Positions 18,618 to 30,600 of a DNA stretch of 64,000 nucleotides are shown piece by piece. The stretch's first letter is position 1; every line of letters starts with the position of its first letter. Where the stretch lies: the IMG/VR virus record IMGVR_UViG_3300023180_000037. One strand, 5' to 3'. The notes beneath the pieces were generated by a model that searched no databases, had not been told where the DNA came from, and saw nothing but the letters and a program-made list of their open reading frames with translations. The position numbers were made by a program, and so were the translations under genes. Origin of the DNA: an uncultured virus (IMG/VR IMGVR_UViG_3300023180_000037) (lineage: Duplodnaviria > Heunggongvirae > Uroviricota > Caudoviricetes).

Positions 18618-21124
18618 TGACAACTGGATCTAATAAAGTCACGGATCGTATAAGCAATCCTGAAGAACAAGGTAAAGAACTCACTACTGGCGTTCCTTTA
18701 GACGGATCAGCGGATCCTACTGGCGAATACCCATTACGATATAATTGGTTTGCGAGTAATGTTAGTGCTCCTGGACGTGGCGTAAGAATCAATGATCTTT
18801 GGATGCGCGGGAGCACCATGGGTGTTAGTTTTGATGTCCCAGTTGGCACCACTTCCATTTTTCCTTTTAATCAGGCAAATGAAACACCTTCCGGACATTC
18901 TTTTGAGATCGATGATACTCCTGGGAATCAGAGAATCCTTATCAAGCATCATACTGGCGCAGGTGTAGAACTCAAACAAGACGGATCCGTCCTAGTTGCT
19001 TCTCGGACCCATCAAATTCAGGTTGTCGGTGCTGATCACGAAGTTATAGTACAGGGCGAAGGTAATCTAACATATGACGGTGACCTCAATCTAACGGTCA
19101 ACGGAAACTATAATCTGACGGTCGGTGGTTCTTACAACGTTGATGTTGGTGGTAATCACAATCACTCGGTACATGGTACATATATCACCGAAACTGGTGA
19201 CGCGCATCAGACTATCGTTCGTGGAAACAAAGACACCAAGGTTTGGGGTGATGTTGTAGACTTCACTGCTCATGAACACAAGATAATTACCAAAAAAGAT
19301 TTTCGTATTTTGTCTAACAGAGATATTATACCTAATGCTCGCCGTGGCATTAGAATGTCAGCAGAGGAACATATTACAACTTCTGCTGGTAAAAACACAG
19401 TGATATCTTCCAAAGATCTACGTCTCATCGGAGAGAAAGGTAAAATTGGCGGCGAGCAGTTTCATTTCTTTGGTTCATTGTTTACGGGTGGCGGCGACGA
19501 CACGCAAGGAAAGAACACAGTATTCCACGGAAACTTGGTAGGTCGTGCGTTAGAAGCATGGACTGCCAAATATGCAAAATATTCTGAAGAGGCGCATAGT
19601 GCACACATTTCAAACTTTGCCACTAAAGCAGAACAGGCAGATGATGCTTATCGCGCTGATCACGCGACGAATGCTATAAATGCTAAACTTGCAAAAGTTG
19701 CTGGTGGTACAGGTGCTGGTGGTGCTTATAGTCCTCCTCCTCCCACTAGAGACTACCCACCATGGACTGGCGAAACTCGCCATGACGGCACTAGCGATAT
19801 GGGAACTGGCATCAAACCAAGCTATCAGTATGAGTGGGGGTGGAACGCAAAGGCAAATCACGTAGTCCGACAGTCAATGAATTTTGACGGATCAGCGGTG
19901 CATACCGATCCAGACTTCTGGGTAGCAGCAGGACCTCTGGGACCGAACCAAGGTTATGCAATGACTTCTCCAGAATCTGAGATTGTGCACGAACCACTGT
20001 ATGATTACTATGGCAATCCAACTAAATGGTGGGAAGTTTGGAACAAGACTTCTCCATTTGCTGTACGCAAAGTTGTTATTGACGAGGATGGTGCATTAGA
20101 AGATAAAATCGCTAAACATGACACATACAGTTACTATTTTAACTGGACGCCGAGTACAGCAGAGATTCGATCAAAGTTGCGTACAATGGACGGTGCTGCT
20201 GATGCAACCACTGCGCCTGAGATGCAAACTAATGGTCCGCTGTGTATCGGTTCTTTGCTTGATGAAAATAGAATATCTGAAAAATATAAAGATCCTGCAC
20301 CATCAGCACCGTATGAAATGAAAAGAACTGGCAGTAGCGAACCGACCCCTAGATTCGGTTACACGTTGCTCGGCAATCCTTTGGAACGTGCTTCTAAGAC
20401 CTTTACGCCCAAAAACAAACAGGCGGCAACTAGGACTATCGTAGCAGATCCAGTTTATAATCCTGATAAGATGGATGCTCCGATTACAAGTAGAACCCGA
20501 TTGTCAAAATCTAGTACAATGTCGAAGTTCTTTGGCGCACCAGGATCTAAGACTTCACTTGAGTTTGTGCCCATAGTAAAAGATAGGCAGGATCTTGCCC
20601 GTCAGTTTTACCTACACGCATGGTTGATGGAAGGTATTTCTTCGGCAAAAGAATTTAAGAACTTCCGATTACAGGTTACGGAAGGATACTATAATCCTGC
20701 CAATGGTATCCGCGAAGCAGTTGACGGTAAAAAGGAAGCAGATGCTAAAGCAAGATACTGGCGTGAACCATACCGTAAAGAAGATGGTGGTGGTACTCAG
20801 AAGTCTATTGTAAAAGGTGGTTATCCTATTAACCAATTGAAGTACGAAGGTCGTGCTTGCGTATACACGTTATACAACTCTCGCGGTAAAATTGACTACA
20901 GCGCAGGTTTTGAGTTGGCGTTGTATATTAGGGATACGTTCTTTTATGATCAGTTGAGTTTGGACTATGATATGACTCGCCCTGACAAAGTTATGACACA
21001 ACAATTGATAGTAGTCATGCCTAAAATTGAAAAGGACTTTAAAGCAACCTTTGAAATGAAGGTTAGCACTTATTTCAACAGGCAAACTCTTTCTGGGTCA
21101 GATCTTATAGAAATTACCGACTAA
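18617..21124 (+). CDS. gp5: gp5 C-terminal part (beta-helix spike) with extended C-terminal domain
   Basis: PFNQANETPSGHSFEIDDTPGNQRILIKHHTG and VxGxxxxx beta-helix repeats. Confidence 0.8.
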   Translation: MTTGSNKVTDRISNPEEQGKELTTGVPLDGSADPTGEYPLRYNWFASNVSAPGRGVRINDLWMRGSTMGVSFDVPVGTTSIFPFNQANETPSGHSFEIDDTPGNQRILIKHHTGAGVELKQDGSVLVASRTHQIQVVGADHEVIVQGEGNLTYDGDLNLTVNGNYNLTVGGSYNVDVGGNHNHSVHGTYITETGDAHQTIVRGNKDTKVWGDVVDFTAHEHKIITKKDFRILSNRDIIPNARRGIRMSAEEHITTSAGKNTVISSKDLRLIGEKGKIGGEQFHFFGSLFTGGGDDTQGKNTVFHGNLVGRALEAWTAKYAKYSEEAHSAHISNFATKAEQADDAYRADHATNAINAKLAKVAGGTGAGGAYSPPPPTRDYPPWTGETRHDGTSDMGTGIKPSYQYEWGWNAKANHVVRQSMNFDGSAVHTDPDFWVAAGPLGPNQGYAMTSPESEIVHEPLYDYYGNPTKWWEVWNKTSPFAVRKVVIDEDGALEDKIAKHDTYSYYFNWTPSTAEIRSKLRTMDGAADATTAPEMQTNGPLCIGSLLDENRISEKYKDPAPSAPYEMKRTGSSEPTPRFGYTLLGNPLERASKTFTPKNKQAATRTIVADPVYNPDKMDAPITSRTRLSKSSTMSKFFGAPGSKTSLEFVPIVKDRQDLARQFYLHAWLMEGISSAKEFKNFRLQVTEGYYNPANGIREAVDGKKEADAKARYWREPYRKEDGGGTQKSIVKGGYPINQLKYEGRACVYTLYNSRGKIDYSAGFELALYIRDTFFYDQLSLDYDMTRPDKVMTQQLIVVMPKIEKDFKATFEMKVSTYFNRQTLSGSDLIEITD

Positions 21125-21127
21125 ATA
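21121..21127 (+). promoter_or_regulatory. Late promoter variant
   Basis: CTAAATA overlapping the upstream stop codon, ahead of gp25. Confidence 0.5.
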
Positions 21128-21158
21128 GAACTATCAGACTGTTGGACTATAATAACAA

Positions 21159-21680
21159 ATGGCACTAAAACGAGTCACACCAGGATTAAAAGACAATACT
21201 CTTGTCACTGGTAAAAAAATACAATATTCCGACATAGACTTATCTTTTACTGCTAAGTCTGGCACTCCGACCAGTTATAACAATGGCACGCCAGAGGGTT
21301 TCATAGGCGACGTGTTTAAGAAAAGTGATGCGGCAGCAGTAATACAATCTGTGCAAAATATATTGTTAACCAATAGACTCGAAAAACCATTTAGACCAAA
21401 ATATGGCGCCAACCTTCGTGCTATGCTTTTTGAGACAGTGGAGACTTATTCGGAAACTCTTATTTCTCAAATGGTAGTCAATGCGCTGGGAAGAGACGAA
21501 CCGAGAGTCACTGTTACGGATGTTAAATTTTTTGATGGCGACGATTTGGTGAAAAAAGGAGCAGGCAGTATTTTTAGCAGAAATAGTCTTAGGAATACTG
21601 TCGCAGTTATTGTGGAGTTTACTATAGAAAATGAGCAAGGGGAATTTACAGCAAGAGTTAACATGAATAGGTTACGATAA
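21159..21680 (+). CDS. gp25: Baseplate wedge subunit gp25
   Basis: YSDIDLSF, AVIQSVQNILLT..EKPFRP.YG..L...LFE, EPRV. Confidence 0.92.
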   Translation: MALKRVTPGLKDNTLVTGKKIQYSDIDLSFTAKSGTPTSYNNGTPEGFIGDVFKKSDAAAVIQSVQNILLTNRLEKPFRPKYGANLRAMLFETVETYSETLISQMVVNALGRDEPRVTVTDVKFFDGDDLVKKGAGSIFSRNSLRNTVAVIVEFTIENEQGEFTARVNMNRLR

Positions 21681-23605
21681 TGGCATCAACTACTATTACT
21701 TCAGCGCAACTAGACTTTAATACAATCAAAGAGTCGTTGAAGACTTCTCTGAGAAATAGCGGAGAGTTCAACGATTATGATTTTGAAGGTTCCGGTTTAT
21801 CCAATATTTTGGATGTGTTGGCATACAACACACATCTTAATGGATTGATTGCAAACTTTTCATTAAACGAGTCTTTCCTTGTAACTGCGCAATTGCGTCC
21901 ATCAGTAGTTTCTCTTGCTGAATCTTTAGGTTATGTGCCCGATTCTAAAAAGTCGCCGGAGTGTACAATCACTCTTAATGTTAACACTGCTGGGTATCCA
22001 CTTATAATTCAAAACTCCCAAACTTTGTTGCCAGGAGAATTAGTCCTCCGTGGGACTAAAGATGGTGTGGACTATACTTTTACAAACAGAGAGTCGTTAA
22101 CTGCGACTTCAGTTGCGGGAGAGGTGTACAGATTCGCCCCAGTAGCAGATCCATCCCTACCTATTAAAGTTTTTGAAGGTATTGAAGTCAATCAACAATT
22201 TATAGTTGGAGAGGTAACAGATACTGTTTATGTGATACCAGATGAGAATATGGACATCACAACTGCGATCATAAAAGTTTATCCTAATCAGCAGAGTGCA
22301 AATAATAGAGGCGACTTTACTCAGTATGTAAACTTGCTTGATGCCACTACGATTAACGAACAATCTAGATTGTATGTTTTAAGGGAATCGCCCAATGGAC
22401 TGTATGAACTGACTTTCGGTAACGGCAACTCTTTGGGTGCCGCACCGACTTCTGGACAAGTTATCGAAGTCAATTACTTAAGAACGAATGGAATTATTGC
22501 TAACGAAATTTCTGCCCTTAGAATTGCATCCAGTTTTACTTTTGCCACTACGACTTCTTCTACTGTAGAGGTAGATGAGGGTGATGTTGGAGTCACAACA
22601 TTGTCAAGATCTTCTGGTGGCGCAGACAAAGAATCAATAGAATCTATGCGAATAAATGCGCCATATCAATATGCTGCGCAAAATAGAATGGTAACGTCAA
22701 CCGACTACTCCGCATTGATACTTAAAAAATATTCTTCGTTTATTGACGACATTAAGTCTTGGGGCGGCGAAGATGATCCTAAACCAGATTATGGTTCGGT
22801 GTTTACGTCCATTGTATTTAAAGACAATCTTTCAAACTCAACTATTTCCGACGTCCGGCAAGGTATCCTAGATCTTGCTGACGAGTTTTCAATCGCTTCT
22901 TTTGACTTGAAGTTTACTGATCCAGAAACGACTTTTATATCATGCCAAACATTTTTTAGATTCAATCCGTCATTAACTGGATTCAGCGAGTCAACAGTAA
23001 ACGCATTGGTGACTGATGCCATTGATCAATATTTCTTGGAGAACACTGGTAAGTTTGACCAAGTATTCCGTAAGTCGAATATGCTGACTGCTATTGATGC
23101 CGCTGATGCTTCAGTGCTTTCTTCTAGATCAGATATAAAATTAAACAGAAGAATCTTGCCTATATTTAACTTAGAACAAAAATTTGACTTGACTTTCCCT
23201 GTCGCTCTTAGAGACCCGCTTGTTACCAATGATCACACTATCACCTCTAGTTTGTTTATCTTCAGAAATCAAACTTGTATCATAAGGAACAAAGTGAACG
23301 ATCGGATAAGAGTTTCGCCAGAGGGAAGAGTGCCTGTGGTTTTTGACAGGAAACCTTCTAACGTATTGGAACTTGTTACGATTGGCGGCAAAGTCATGGT
23401 CAGCAATGTTGGTTACTATGATGCTGCTCGAGGAGAAGTACATATAGAAAATCTATCAGTACAGACTATTCCTGGCGGTAGAAACTTCATAAAGATATTT
23501 GGCGTGCCAGCAAACGAATCTGCTGTAACTGCTCAACTTAATAATATTATTCGATTCGACAAAGAAGAATCTTTCTCGAAAGCAATTAAGGTAGACACTA
23601 TCTAA
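21680..23605 (+). CDS. gp6: Baseplate wedge subunit gp6
   Basis: LDFNTIKESL, DYDFEGSGLSNILDVLAYNTH, ESFLVTAQLR.SVVSLA..LGY.P, QNRMVTSTDY. Confidence 0.95.
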   Translation: MASTTITSAQLDFNTIKESLKTSLRNSGEFNDYDFEGSGLSNILDVLAYNTHLNGLIANFSLNESFLVTAQLRPSVVSLAESLGYVPDSKKSPECTITLNVNTAGYPLIIQNSQTLLPGELVLRGTKDGVDYTFTNRESLTATSVAGEVYRFAPVADPSLPIKVFEGIEVNQQFIVGEVTDTVYVIPDENMDITTAIIKVYPNQQSANNRGDFTQYVNLLDATTINEQSRLYVLRESPNGLYELTFGNGNSLGAAPTSGQVIEVNYLRTNGIIANEISALRIASSFTFATTTSSTVEVDEGDVGVTTLSRSSGGADKESIESMRINAPYQYAAQNRMVTSTDYSALILKKYSSFIDDIKSWGGEDDPKPDYGSVFTSIVFKDNLSNSTISDVRQGILDLADEFSIASFDLKFTDPETTFISCQTFFRFNPSLTGFSESTVNALVTDAIDQYFLENTGKFDQVFRKSNMLTAIDAADASVLSSRSDIKLNRRILPIFNLEQKFDLTFPVALRDPLVTNDHTITSSLFIFRNQTCIIRNKVNDRIRVSPEGRVPVVFDRKPSNVLELVTIGGKVMVSNVGYYDAARGEVHIENLSVQTIPGGRNFIKIFGVPANESAVTAQLNNIIRFDKEESFSKAIKVDTI

Positions 23606-25134
23606 TGTTAGATAAGACTCTAACAGATGTATATCGTCGCAATCTAGACCTAGACAAATATCATGTTTATGATGTTCTTCCTGGGCACTTTGACGACAAG
23701 TACCCAAAACTTGTAAAATTCTTACAAGAGTACTACAAGACACTGGAAGAAGAAGGCAATGTCGCAGAAACGCTAAACGACCTTCTCCTTAATAGGGATA
23801 TTGCAGGCGCAAAAGTTGAACTGTTGGACTTTATTGCAAACGAATTATTGCTGGGCAAACCTTATTACGAATCTTTCAACGACAAAAGAACTTCACTTCA
23901 ATATTCTAATCTGCTGTACCGATCCAAAGGTACTGAATTTTCTATCAAACAGTTTTTCCGTGTATTTTATGGATTAGATATTGAAGTCCGATACGGCAAA
24001 GACGAAGTCTTTTTTGTCGGTGACCCTAACGAAGAAGAAATGATATTCGCAGGTAATGGCGAAGCAACAGGCAGAAACTTCCCATACACCTTCAAAGGTT
24101 CCGATATTGTAGTTTCGGTCACAGACAGCAATGGAGATTATATCCAGTTGCGTCAAGATTTAGACTATACTGTTGATTTTGCTAAACAGGCAATCGTTTT
24201 ACAAACGCTGGATAGTGCTGGACTTTTACTAGAACCTGCTGCTTCTAATAAGTTTGATAGCGACGGGTCTGGTAATCCAATTATAGACAGCGATAGCAAA
24301 ATTTCTTATCTGGCGAATAAAGCATTACTGGCACCAGGACAAGATTTGAAGGTAGAAGCAACGAGAAGAAGTTATTCTACTATCGGAACAGAACTTACTT
24401 TAAAGAGGATCACTGATAATACCTTCTATCAGTTGTATGGAATATTGATTTCTACTCCAATTGGTGTACCAGTATGGAGAGATGCTTACAAAACATTTGT
24501 ACACCCTGCTGGTATGTATCTTGCTGGCCAGGTGCAAATTAATTCTATTTTTGATTTTAACTTGGGTCCGCAACCATCGTTTATCGAACCACCACCACCT
24601 ATAGATGTGTTCTCTACTGCTCAAATTATGCAGAAGTTTGTTGGCGGTAAGTTTGTTGCCGATAAGTTTGATTCTGGATTCACGCCAACTGATTTCTTGA
24701 ACGATCGCAACGGAACAGGATTGTTCTCTACTTCAATCACTGAGATCGGACCAGGACCATACGGCGAACGTATCAGAACTCGAGTTAATGATATGAACCA
24801 TCCAAGGAACATAGAGAATTGGCATACTCAGTATCGTTCAGTTTACCAAGCAGACAATATTGAAGCAAGGACATTGGACGATACTTATGCAGATCTCTCC
24901 AACATTATCAACCCTCTTGACGAAGATAGATGGTATGGATATGATAGTAACGGTTCAGGACTGCAAACTACCATCTACTCTACATATGATAGCAACGTCT
25001 ATCATGGCGTTGGTGGTTACGATGCTTGGGCGGCAACGCAAGGGTCCCATAGAGAACCTTTGCTGGAATCTAATACACCAAATCTGATTCAATATACCGA
25101 GTATCCTAACTTAAATCCTGGTGATAACAACTAA
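23605..25134 (+). CDS. gp7: Baseplate wedge initiator gp7-like
   Basis: YPKLVKFLQEYY, LYRSKGTEFSIKQFFRVFYG, FYQLYG, FVHPAG; follows gp6. Confidence 0.75.
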   Translation: MLDKTLTDVYRRNLDLDKYHVYDVLPGHFDDKYPKLVKFLQEYYKTLEEEGNVAETLNDLLLNRDIAGAKVELLDFIANELLLGKPYYESFNDKRTSLQYSNLLYRSKGTEFSIKQFFRVFYGLDIEVRYGKDEVFFVGDPNEEEMIFAGNGEATGRNFPYTFKGSDIVVSVTDSNGDYIQLRQDLDYTVDFAKQAIVLQTLDSAGLLLEPAASNKFDSDGSGNPIIDSDSKISYLANKALLAPGQDLKVEATRRSYSTIGTELTLKRITDNTFYQLYGILISTPIGVPVWRDAYKTFVHPAGMYLAGQVQINSIFDFNLGPQPSFIEPPPPIDVFSTAQIMQKFVGGKFVADKFDSGFTPTDFLNDRNGTGLFSTSITEIGPGPYGERIRTRVNDMNHPRNIENWHTQYRSVYQADNIEARTLDDTYADLSNIINPLDEDRWYGYDSNGSGLQTTIYSTYDSNVYHGVGGYDAWAATQGSHREPLLESNTPNLIQYTEYPNLNPGDNN

Positions 25135-25141
25135 AAACCAG

Positions 25142-25149
25142 TATAAATA
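25142..25149 (+). promoter_or_regulatory. Late promoter
   Basis: TATAAATA, with a second TATAAATT at 25154. Confidence 0.75.
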
Positions 25150-25175
25150 ACAGTATAAATTTACGGAACTGAAAA

Positions 25176-26000
25176 ATGGCACACGTCACGAATCGACAAA
25201 AACTACTCAATGGCACCACTGCTAATGACGGAACTGGCGATACGCTGAGAGCAGCTGCTGATAAAATTAATACAAACTTCAGCACTATCTTTGAATCTTT
25301 GTATGGCGATTCAGTAGCAGCGCACGACGATTTTCATATTGACACAAATGGTACTATTTTCTTCGGAGATTCTTCTAGCGGATATCCGACCAAATTTGTC
25401 GGTGACGTCTCCAGCGGTTCTATGAAAACAATCACGTTGCCTAATCATACAGGAAACGTAGTAGTTGACACTGCAACTCAAACAGTTACAAATAAGACCT
25501 TTACTTCGCCTAAAATAAATCAGGTCTTAGATTCTAACGGCGACGAAGTGTTGTTGTTGAGCGGTGAAAACTCAGCAAACTTTATTAACATTAAGAGCGG
25601 CGATTCGGCGAGTGGACCAGCGATCGCAGTTGCTGGTGACTCTGCTGATGTGGATTTGGTGCTACAACCATTGAACAGTGGCGTGGTGCGCTCTACTTGT
25701 AATATTATTAGTGGAAACGAACAATTGACTGCAAACGGTGCCGCAGATCCAAGCGTACCAATTACTTTGATCACCGCAGTATCAGACATATCTTTGACGC
25801 TGGCAGACGGAACTAATACAGGTCAAACTAAAAAGTTCGTAAGCACCACTTCTGCTGGTGCCTTGGTGACTCCTGCTAACTTTGGTTCGGGGTCTTCTTT
25901 CTTTGTAGACGGTGCTCGTGGCGTAGAAGTAATGTGGGTCGGCAACAACTGGATTGCCATGGGTTTTGATTCGGCATCTCAAACTAGGATTAATCAATAA
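25176..26000 (+). CDS. Baseplate-fibre connector, gp9/gp10-like N-terminus
   Basis: GTTANDGTGDTLRAAADKINTNF motif. Confidence 0.7.
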   Translation: MAHVTNRQKLLNGTTANDGTGDTLRAAADKINTNFSTIFESLYGDSVAAHDDFHIDTNGTIFFGDSSSGYPTKFVGDVSSGSMKTITLPNHTGNVVVDTATQTVTNKTFTSPKINQVLDSNGDEVLLLSGENSANFINIKSGDSASGPAIAVAGDSADVDLVLQPLNSGVVRSTCNIISGNEQLTANGAADPSVPITLITAVSDISLTLADGTNTGQTKKFVSTTSAGALVTPANFGSGSSFFVDGARGVEVMWVGNNWIAMGFDSASQTRINQ

Positions 26001-26012
26001 GAGTAAAAAATA

Positions 26013-27605
26013 ATGGCGGCTACAGTATCAGACAAATTCAAAAGAGAAATATTGGATAATATCTATCAGTCTTATCTTAATATCGGTAAGACGCAGGGTA
26101 CTGACTCTGATAGATTTTATTTGGGTATTGGTCGCGCAGAAGAGTGGGACTCAGTTAGTGCTGGTCAAAGCGAAAGACTGCCTCCGATTCCCAACCCTTC
26201 TGATAATGAAGTGATCAAATACCAAGAATCGCTTCAGTCTCTAAAACTTATTACTGACATCTCATACGTTGTACCGAGATACAACTGGACTTTCGGTAAC
26301 TTTTACAGTGCTTGGGATAACGAATACAGTTCTAACACTACGATCGGCGCAACTGGAGATATTCAATATCCGTATTATGTGATCACTGACGATAACTCAG
26401 TTTTCGTTTGCTTGTCAGCAGGTTATGACGATCAAGGCAACCAAAAACCTTCGTTGTATAAACCAACTAAACGACAAATTTTACCGTTTTCAAACGAAGA
26501 AGATGGATACGTTTGGAAATTCCTGTTCACCATTGGTGCAGCAGAAGCACGTAAGTTTTTGACTTCTGCCTACATGCCAGTAGAAAAGTTCCTCGCCGAC
26601 TCAGAGCAAGATCCTCGATATATCAACGCAACGACTGCTCGCCAAAACCAATGGCAGATACAAGATAGTGCAACAAGGGGACAAATCGTTGGTATTGCAA
26701 TAGACTCTGGCGGTACTGGGTACACAACAGCTCCTACCGTAAACATCATTGGTACACCGCATCGCCTCCCTAATGCAAATTTCAAACTTGGTACTAAAAT
26801 GGTTAAGAGTCGTGATTCTGCTGAGGCAGTTGCACGTGTTGCTAACGGATCAGTGTTCCAAGTAGTTATGAAAAGAAATATTGGTGACTCAGACGTTTAT
26901 CGTTTTGGTCAAAACTATGCTAATGCCAGTATTCACTTTGATGGCGGTGGCGGTACTGGAGCAAAAGCGCGAGCAATTATCGTTGGCGGTGATTCTGGCA
27001 TGGGCAGCAACCCAGTTATTAACCTGAATTCATCTGCCCTTATGTTCCATACAACTTTGACTGGTACTGAGAACAACGATTTTAATGTTCGTAATGACTT
27101 CCGTCAGGTAGGTATTATTAAGAATCCACAAAAAGATTCAGCGCAGTTCGGTAATTTTGTTCCTGCGCTTGGAAGAGATTCTGCTGCGACTGCTGTAACA
27201 GCGCAAGTCTATAAGAAATTGTATGTTACTGGTGCTGCTGGTTTCGCCGGAGATTTGACTGGCGACCAATTAATTGTGCAGAGTGGTACTGGACTGCCAG
27301 TAGAACCTGCTGCTATATTGGACTATTTTGATGCCACCAATCAAATCGCATATTGTCATCAAACTAGAGAAACTGGTTTCCAAATGTTCGAAAGTGATGC
27401 TACTCACTCATTAACTTTCTATGAGAATAGAAACAAGACAGGAAATTTGGGGACCTGTAACATTGTACCTAATTCTAATGGACCAAACTTAAGACCAGCA
27501 GAAGCAGACAGATTCTCTGGAACCGTAATCTACATAGATAACAGAGTAGCGATTGTCCGCGACGACGAACAAACTGAAGACGTCAAAATCGTTATTGACC
27601 TGTAA
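26013..27605 (+). CDS. gp8: Baseplate wedge subunit gp8
   Basis: YLGIGRAEEW, VVPRYNW, YYVITDD..VFVCL, DGYVWKFLFTI, DFRQVGIIKNP, YIDNR..QTEDVKIVI. Confidence 0.9.
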   Translation: MAATVSDKFKREILDNIYQSYLNIGKTQGTDSDRFYLGIGRAEEWDSVSAGQSERLPPIPNPSDNEVIKYQESLQSLKLITDISYVVPRYNWTFGNFYSAWDNEYSSNTTIGATGDIQYPYYVITDDNSVFVCLSAGYDDQGNQKPSLYKPTKRQILPFSNEEDGYVWKFLFTIGAAEARKFLTSAYMPVEKFLADSEQDPRYINATTARQNQWQIQDSATRGQIVGIAIDSGGTGYTTAPTVNIIGTPHRLPNANFKLGTKMVKSRDSAEAVARVANGSVFQVVMKRNIGDSDVYRFGQNYANASIHFDGGGGTGAKARAIIVGGDSGMGSNPVINLNSSALMFHTTLTGTENNDFNVRNDFRQVGIIKNPQKDSAQFGNFVPALGRDSAATAVTAQVYKKLYVTGAAGFAGDLTGDQLIVQSGTGLPVEPAAILDYFDATNQIAYCHQTRETGFQMFESDATHSLTFYENRNKTGNLGTCNIVPNSNGPNLRPAEADRFSGTVIYIDNRVAIVRDDEQTEDVKIVIDL

Positions 27606-27616
27606 GGAAAACAAAA

Positions 27617-30600
27617 ATGCCTCAGCAGTTTACTGAAAATACTTTCAAAGGTGTATACAAGGACGACTTCCTTGATAGTGCCGGATATCAACGTATCCTG
27701 TTCAATAGTGGTCGCCCTTTGCAGGCACGTGAACTTACACAGTTACAAACTATTCTACAAACGCAGATTACTCGGTTCGCCCGAAATATTTTCTTAGATG
27801 GTGCTGCTGTAAGTCCTAAGTCTTCAGGTGCTGGTACTGAAATCCGCGACTATGTTGTAGTTGCCAGAACAACGGATGTTACTAATCCTGTATTGCCTCA
27901 AGAAGCAAAACAATATCTCGGCGCAGTTTTTACGGGTGCTGCTAAGACCGGAACGTCGGGTCTAAAATTTGTAGTCAGTCACGTAGAAGTCACTGATGCT
28001 ACTGATGGCACAGGATCTTTCCCAGTATTGTATGGAAGATACATCGACGCTGGACAGGACAAAACTAACTCTACAGAAACTCAAACTGCACCATTGACCT
28101 TTGGTTTGGGCGAGACCCTTACAAGTCCAGGATTGGACGACCTTCAAGTTGTGGCAGGTCGTTCGGACGTTCCTTCGCCTACTGGCAAAGGTGTCATGTT
28201 TACTATGCAGGGCGCAGACTTCTTTACTCAAGGATTCTTTGTATACGCACCTGCGCAACAAATAGTCATTTCGCCTTATAGCGAAGTCGCTAATGCCGAC
28301 GTTGGTTTTGAAGTAGTACAAGATGTGGTTACTGTGCTTGATGATGAAGCACTGTATGACAACCAAGGTGCTCGCCCGAACCTTTCGTCTCCTGGTGCTG
28401 ATAGATTTAGAATTCGATTGTTACTCGCAACTAGAGATGCAGTTGCTGATAATCTAGACTTCTTGCCTTTCGCTACCGTTAGAGAAACTAAAATTGTACA
28501 GATCAAAGAAGGTACGGATAGTTTCAATCAAGTCGAAAAGCGTCTGGCAGAGCGCCAAGAAGAAACAACTGGTAAGTTTGTTGTCCACCCTTTCAACCTT
28601 GAGATTCAAGAAAGGGACTCTAATCAGATAGTGAATAAGATTCGATACCACATGCCAGTTGGCGAATTTGGTGATAACCCAATAGCATACTTAGATGGTT
28701 ATCGCTTAGAACAGCAACTCGAGAAAAACCTTGATGTACTGAAACCAGTTTCGATCACTACTGATTCTGATAAGAAAACTGTCACGCCATATAAGAACTA
28801 CGTTGGTGCTTTGAGCGATGCCGCCACAAGAGCAGTTGATAGTTCTGTAAGTTATTTGGGTAATTGGGCAGACACCTCTGGTATTCCGAACCTAAACACT
28901 CAACAACGATATTCTCTTTTTGACTCCAATGGTTCGGTAATTGGATATGCCAGAATAAAATCTTTGCGTAACACTGGGCAAGTAAACACCAGTGATAGTG
29001 TTCAAGCAGCAGATGTACATTACAGAATCCACTTGTATGACATTAACATGAATGCAGGTAAAAACTTTAGGAACACTGCAAAGCTGGTTGTAAAAGGAGG
29101 CGACTCCTCTGATGGAATCATAGTGTATCGTAATGGGGACAACCCTCGCAATACATACATTGAAGCACCAGAAGATAACATCTCATTGTACGAGATATCA
29201 GATTTCCGAGTTAAACAGGTTAGTGGTGTTCAGTACACTGTGCTGCGTCATTCATCTGCTATTACATCCGATACTGCTGGTGACGAACTCGCTATTCCTT
29301 CTTTGAATCCTTTTGAATCTTACATTGACGAAGGGCAGTGGACTTTAATCAATCTTACTCAGAATCTAGTCTTTACGGTGCCTGTTGCAGATATAAACCC
29401 AGTATCAAATCCTGGCAAGATTCAAGACCTGCTTTCTCTAGGTGGCAACCTCGGAGATGTATACTCTCTTTTCTATTATGTTCAGAAAGGCACTCCTGCT
29501 AATCCAGTTTCACCTAAAACAAAAACATACCGAGAAGATTGGTTCACTTTCGAAAAAACCGGAAGCGTTTTCCGCGTCACTTTCAAAGGGGCAGCCGAAG
29601 CACCAGTTGGTGGCGCACCTCTTTATGACGGTGTTGAACTCCTAGAGGCATATGAAAACGATTCTAATGGTACTGAACTGACTCATCAAGTTGAGTTTGA
29701 CGGTGGTCAAAGAGACAACTATTATGGACCAATAGAGTTACGTCCATCTGGATCCGGATCGGGCGTTACTAATATCCGAGCAAAAATCGCATATTTTGAG
29801 TGGAGCGGTGCTGGAGATTATTTCTCTCCAAACTCCTACAACTTGCTAGATTCTACTTGGTTTGATTACGGAGACATCCCAACGTACCAATCTAGGATAG
29901 ACGGTAGGTTGTACCCATTACACAACTATTTCGACTTCCGTCCTAAACTTGATCCAACAGCAGATAATATGGGCGCTGCAAACTACATCGAACACCCTAG
30001 AGACGGTGACGAAATAATCCATGGTGTTGAATACTATAACCAGCGTATTGATCAAATTACGCTTGCGTATACGAAGGATACATTTAAACCTATCATTTAT
30101 GTAAACAGCGGCATAGAGGGATTACAACCAACCTTCCCTAGTCAGAAAGAAAATCAGATGCCTCTGTTTAGTGTTTTGTTGGGCGGTAACACTAAAGACA
30201 TTGGCGATGTTATGATCAATGCTAATCGTTATCCTCGTTATACGATGTCAGATATCGACGATTTGCGTGACAGAGTTTCTAATCTAGAAGAAACAGTTTC
30301 GCTTTCCTTTATTGAGAATGAAGCACAGAATCTTGTAGAGTTGGGTGCTGATGGATCGCTTCGATCTAAGACTGGTTTCTTTGTAGATGACTTCACTAAG
30401 GGTCTCGCACTTACTGCATCTACTACTGGACCAAACTATCTTGACGATCCTAACTGGATCACCCAAGCACTAGATGTCGATGAATCTTTAATATATCCAA
30501 AAATAGATAAGAGATACAATGACTTCTTATACGATTCTGACGATACTGTAATAACAAGTTTTAATTCAGCATACAGCAGAACTGTAGCAACCAACTCTCC

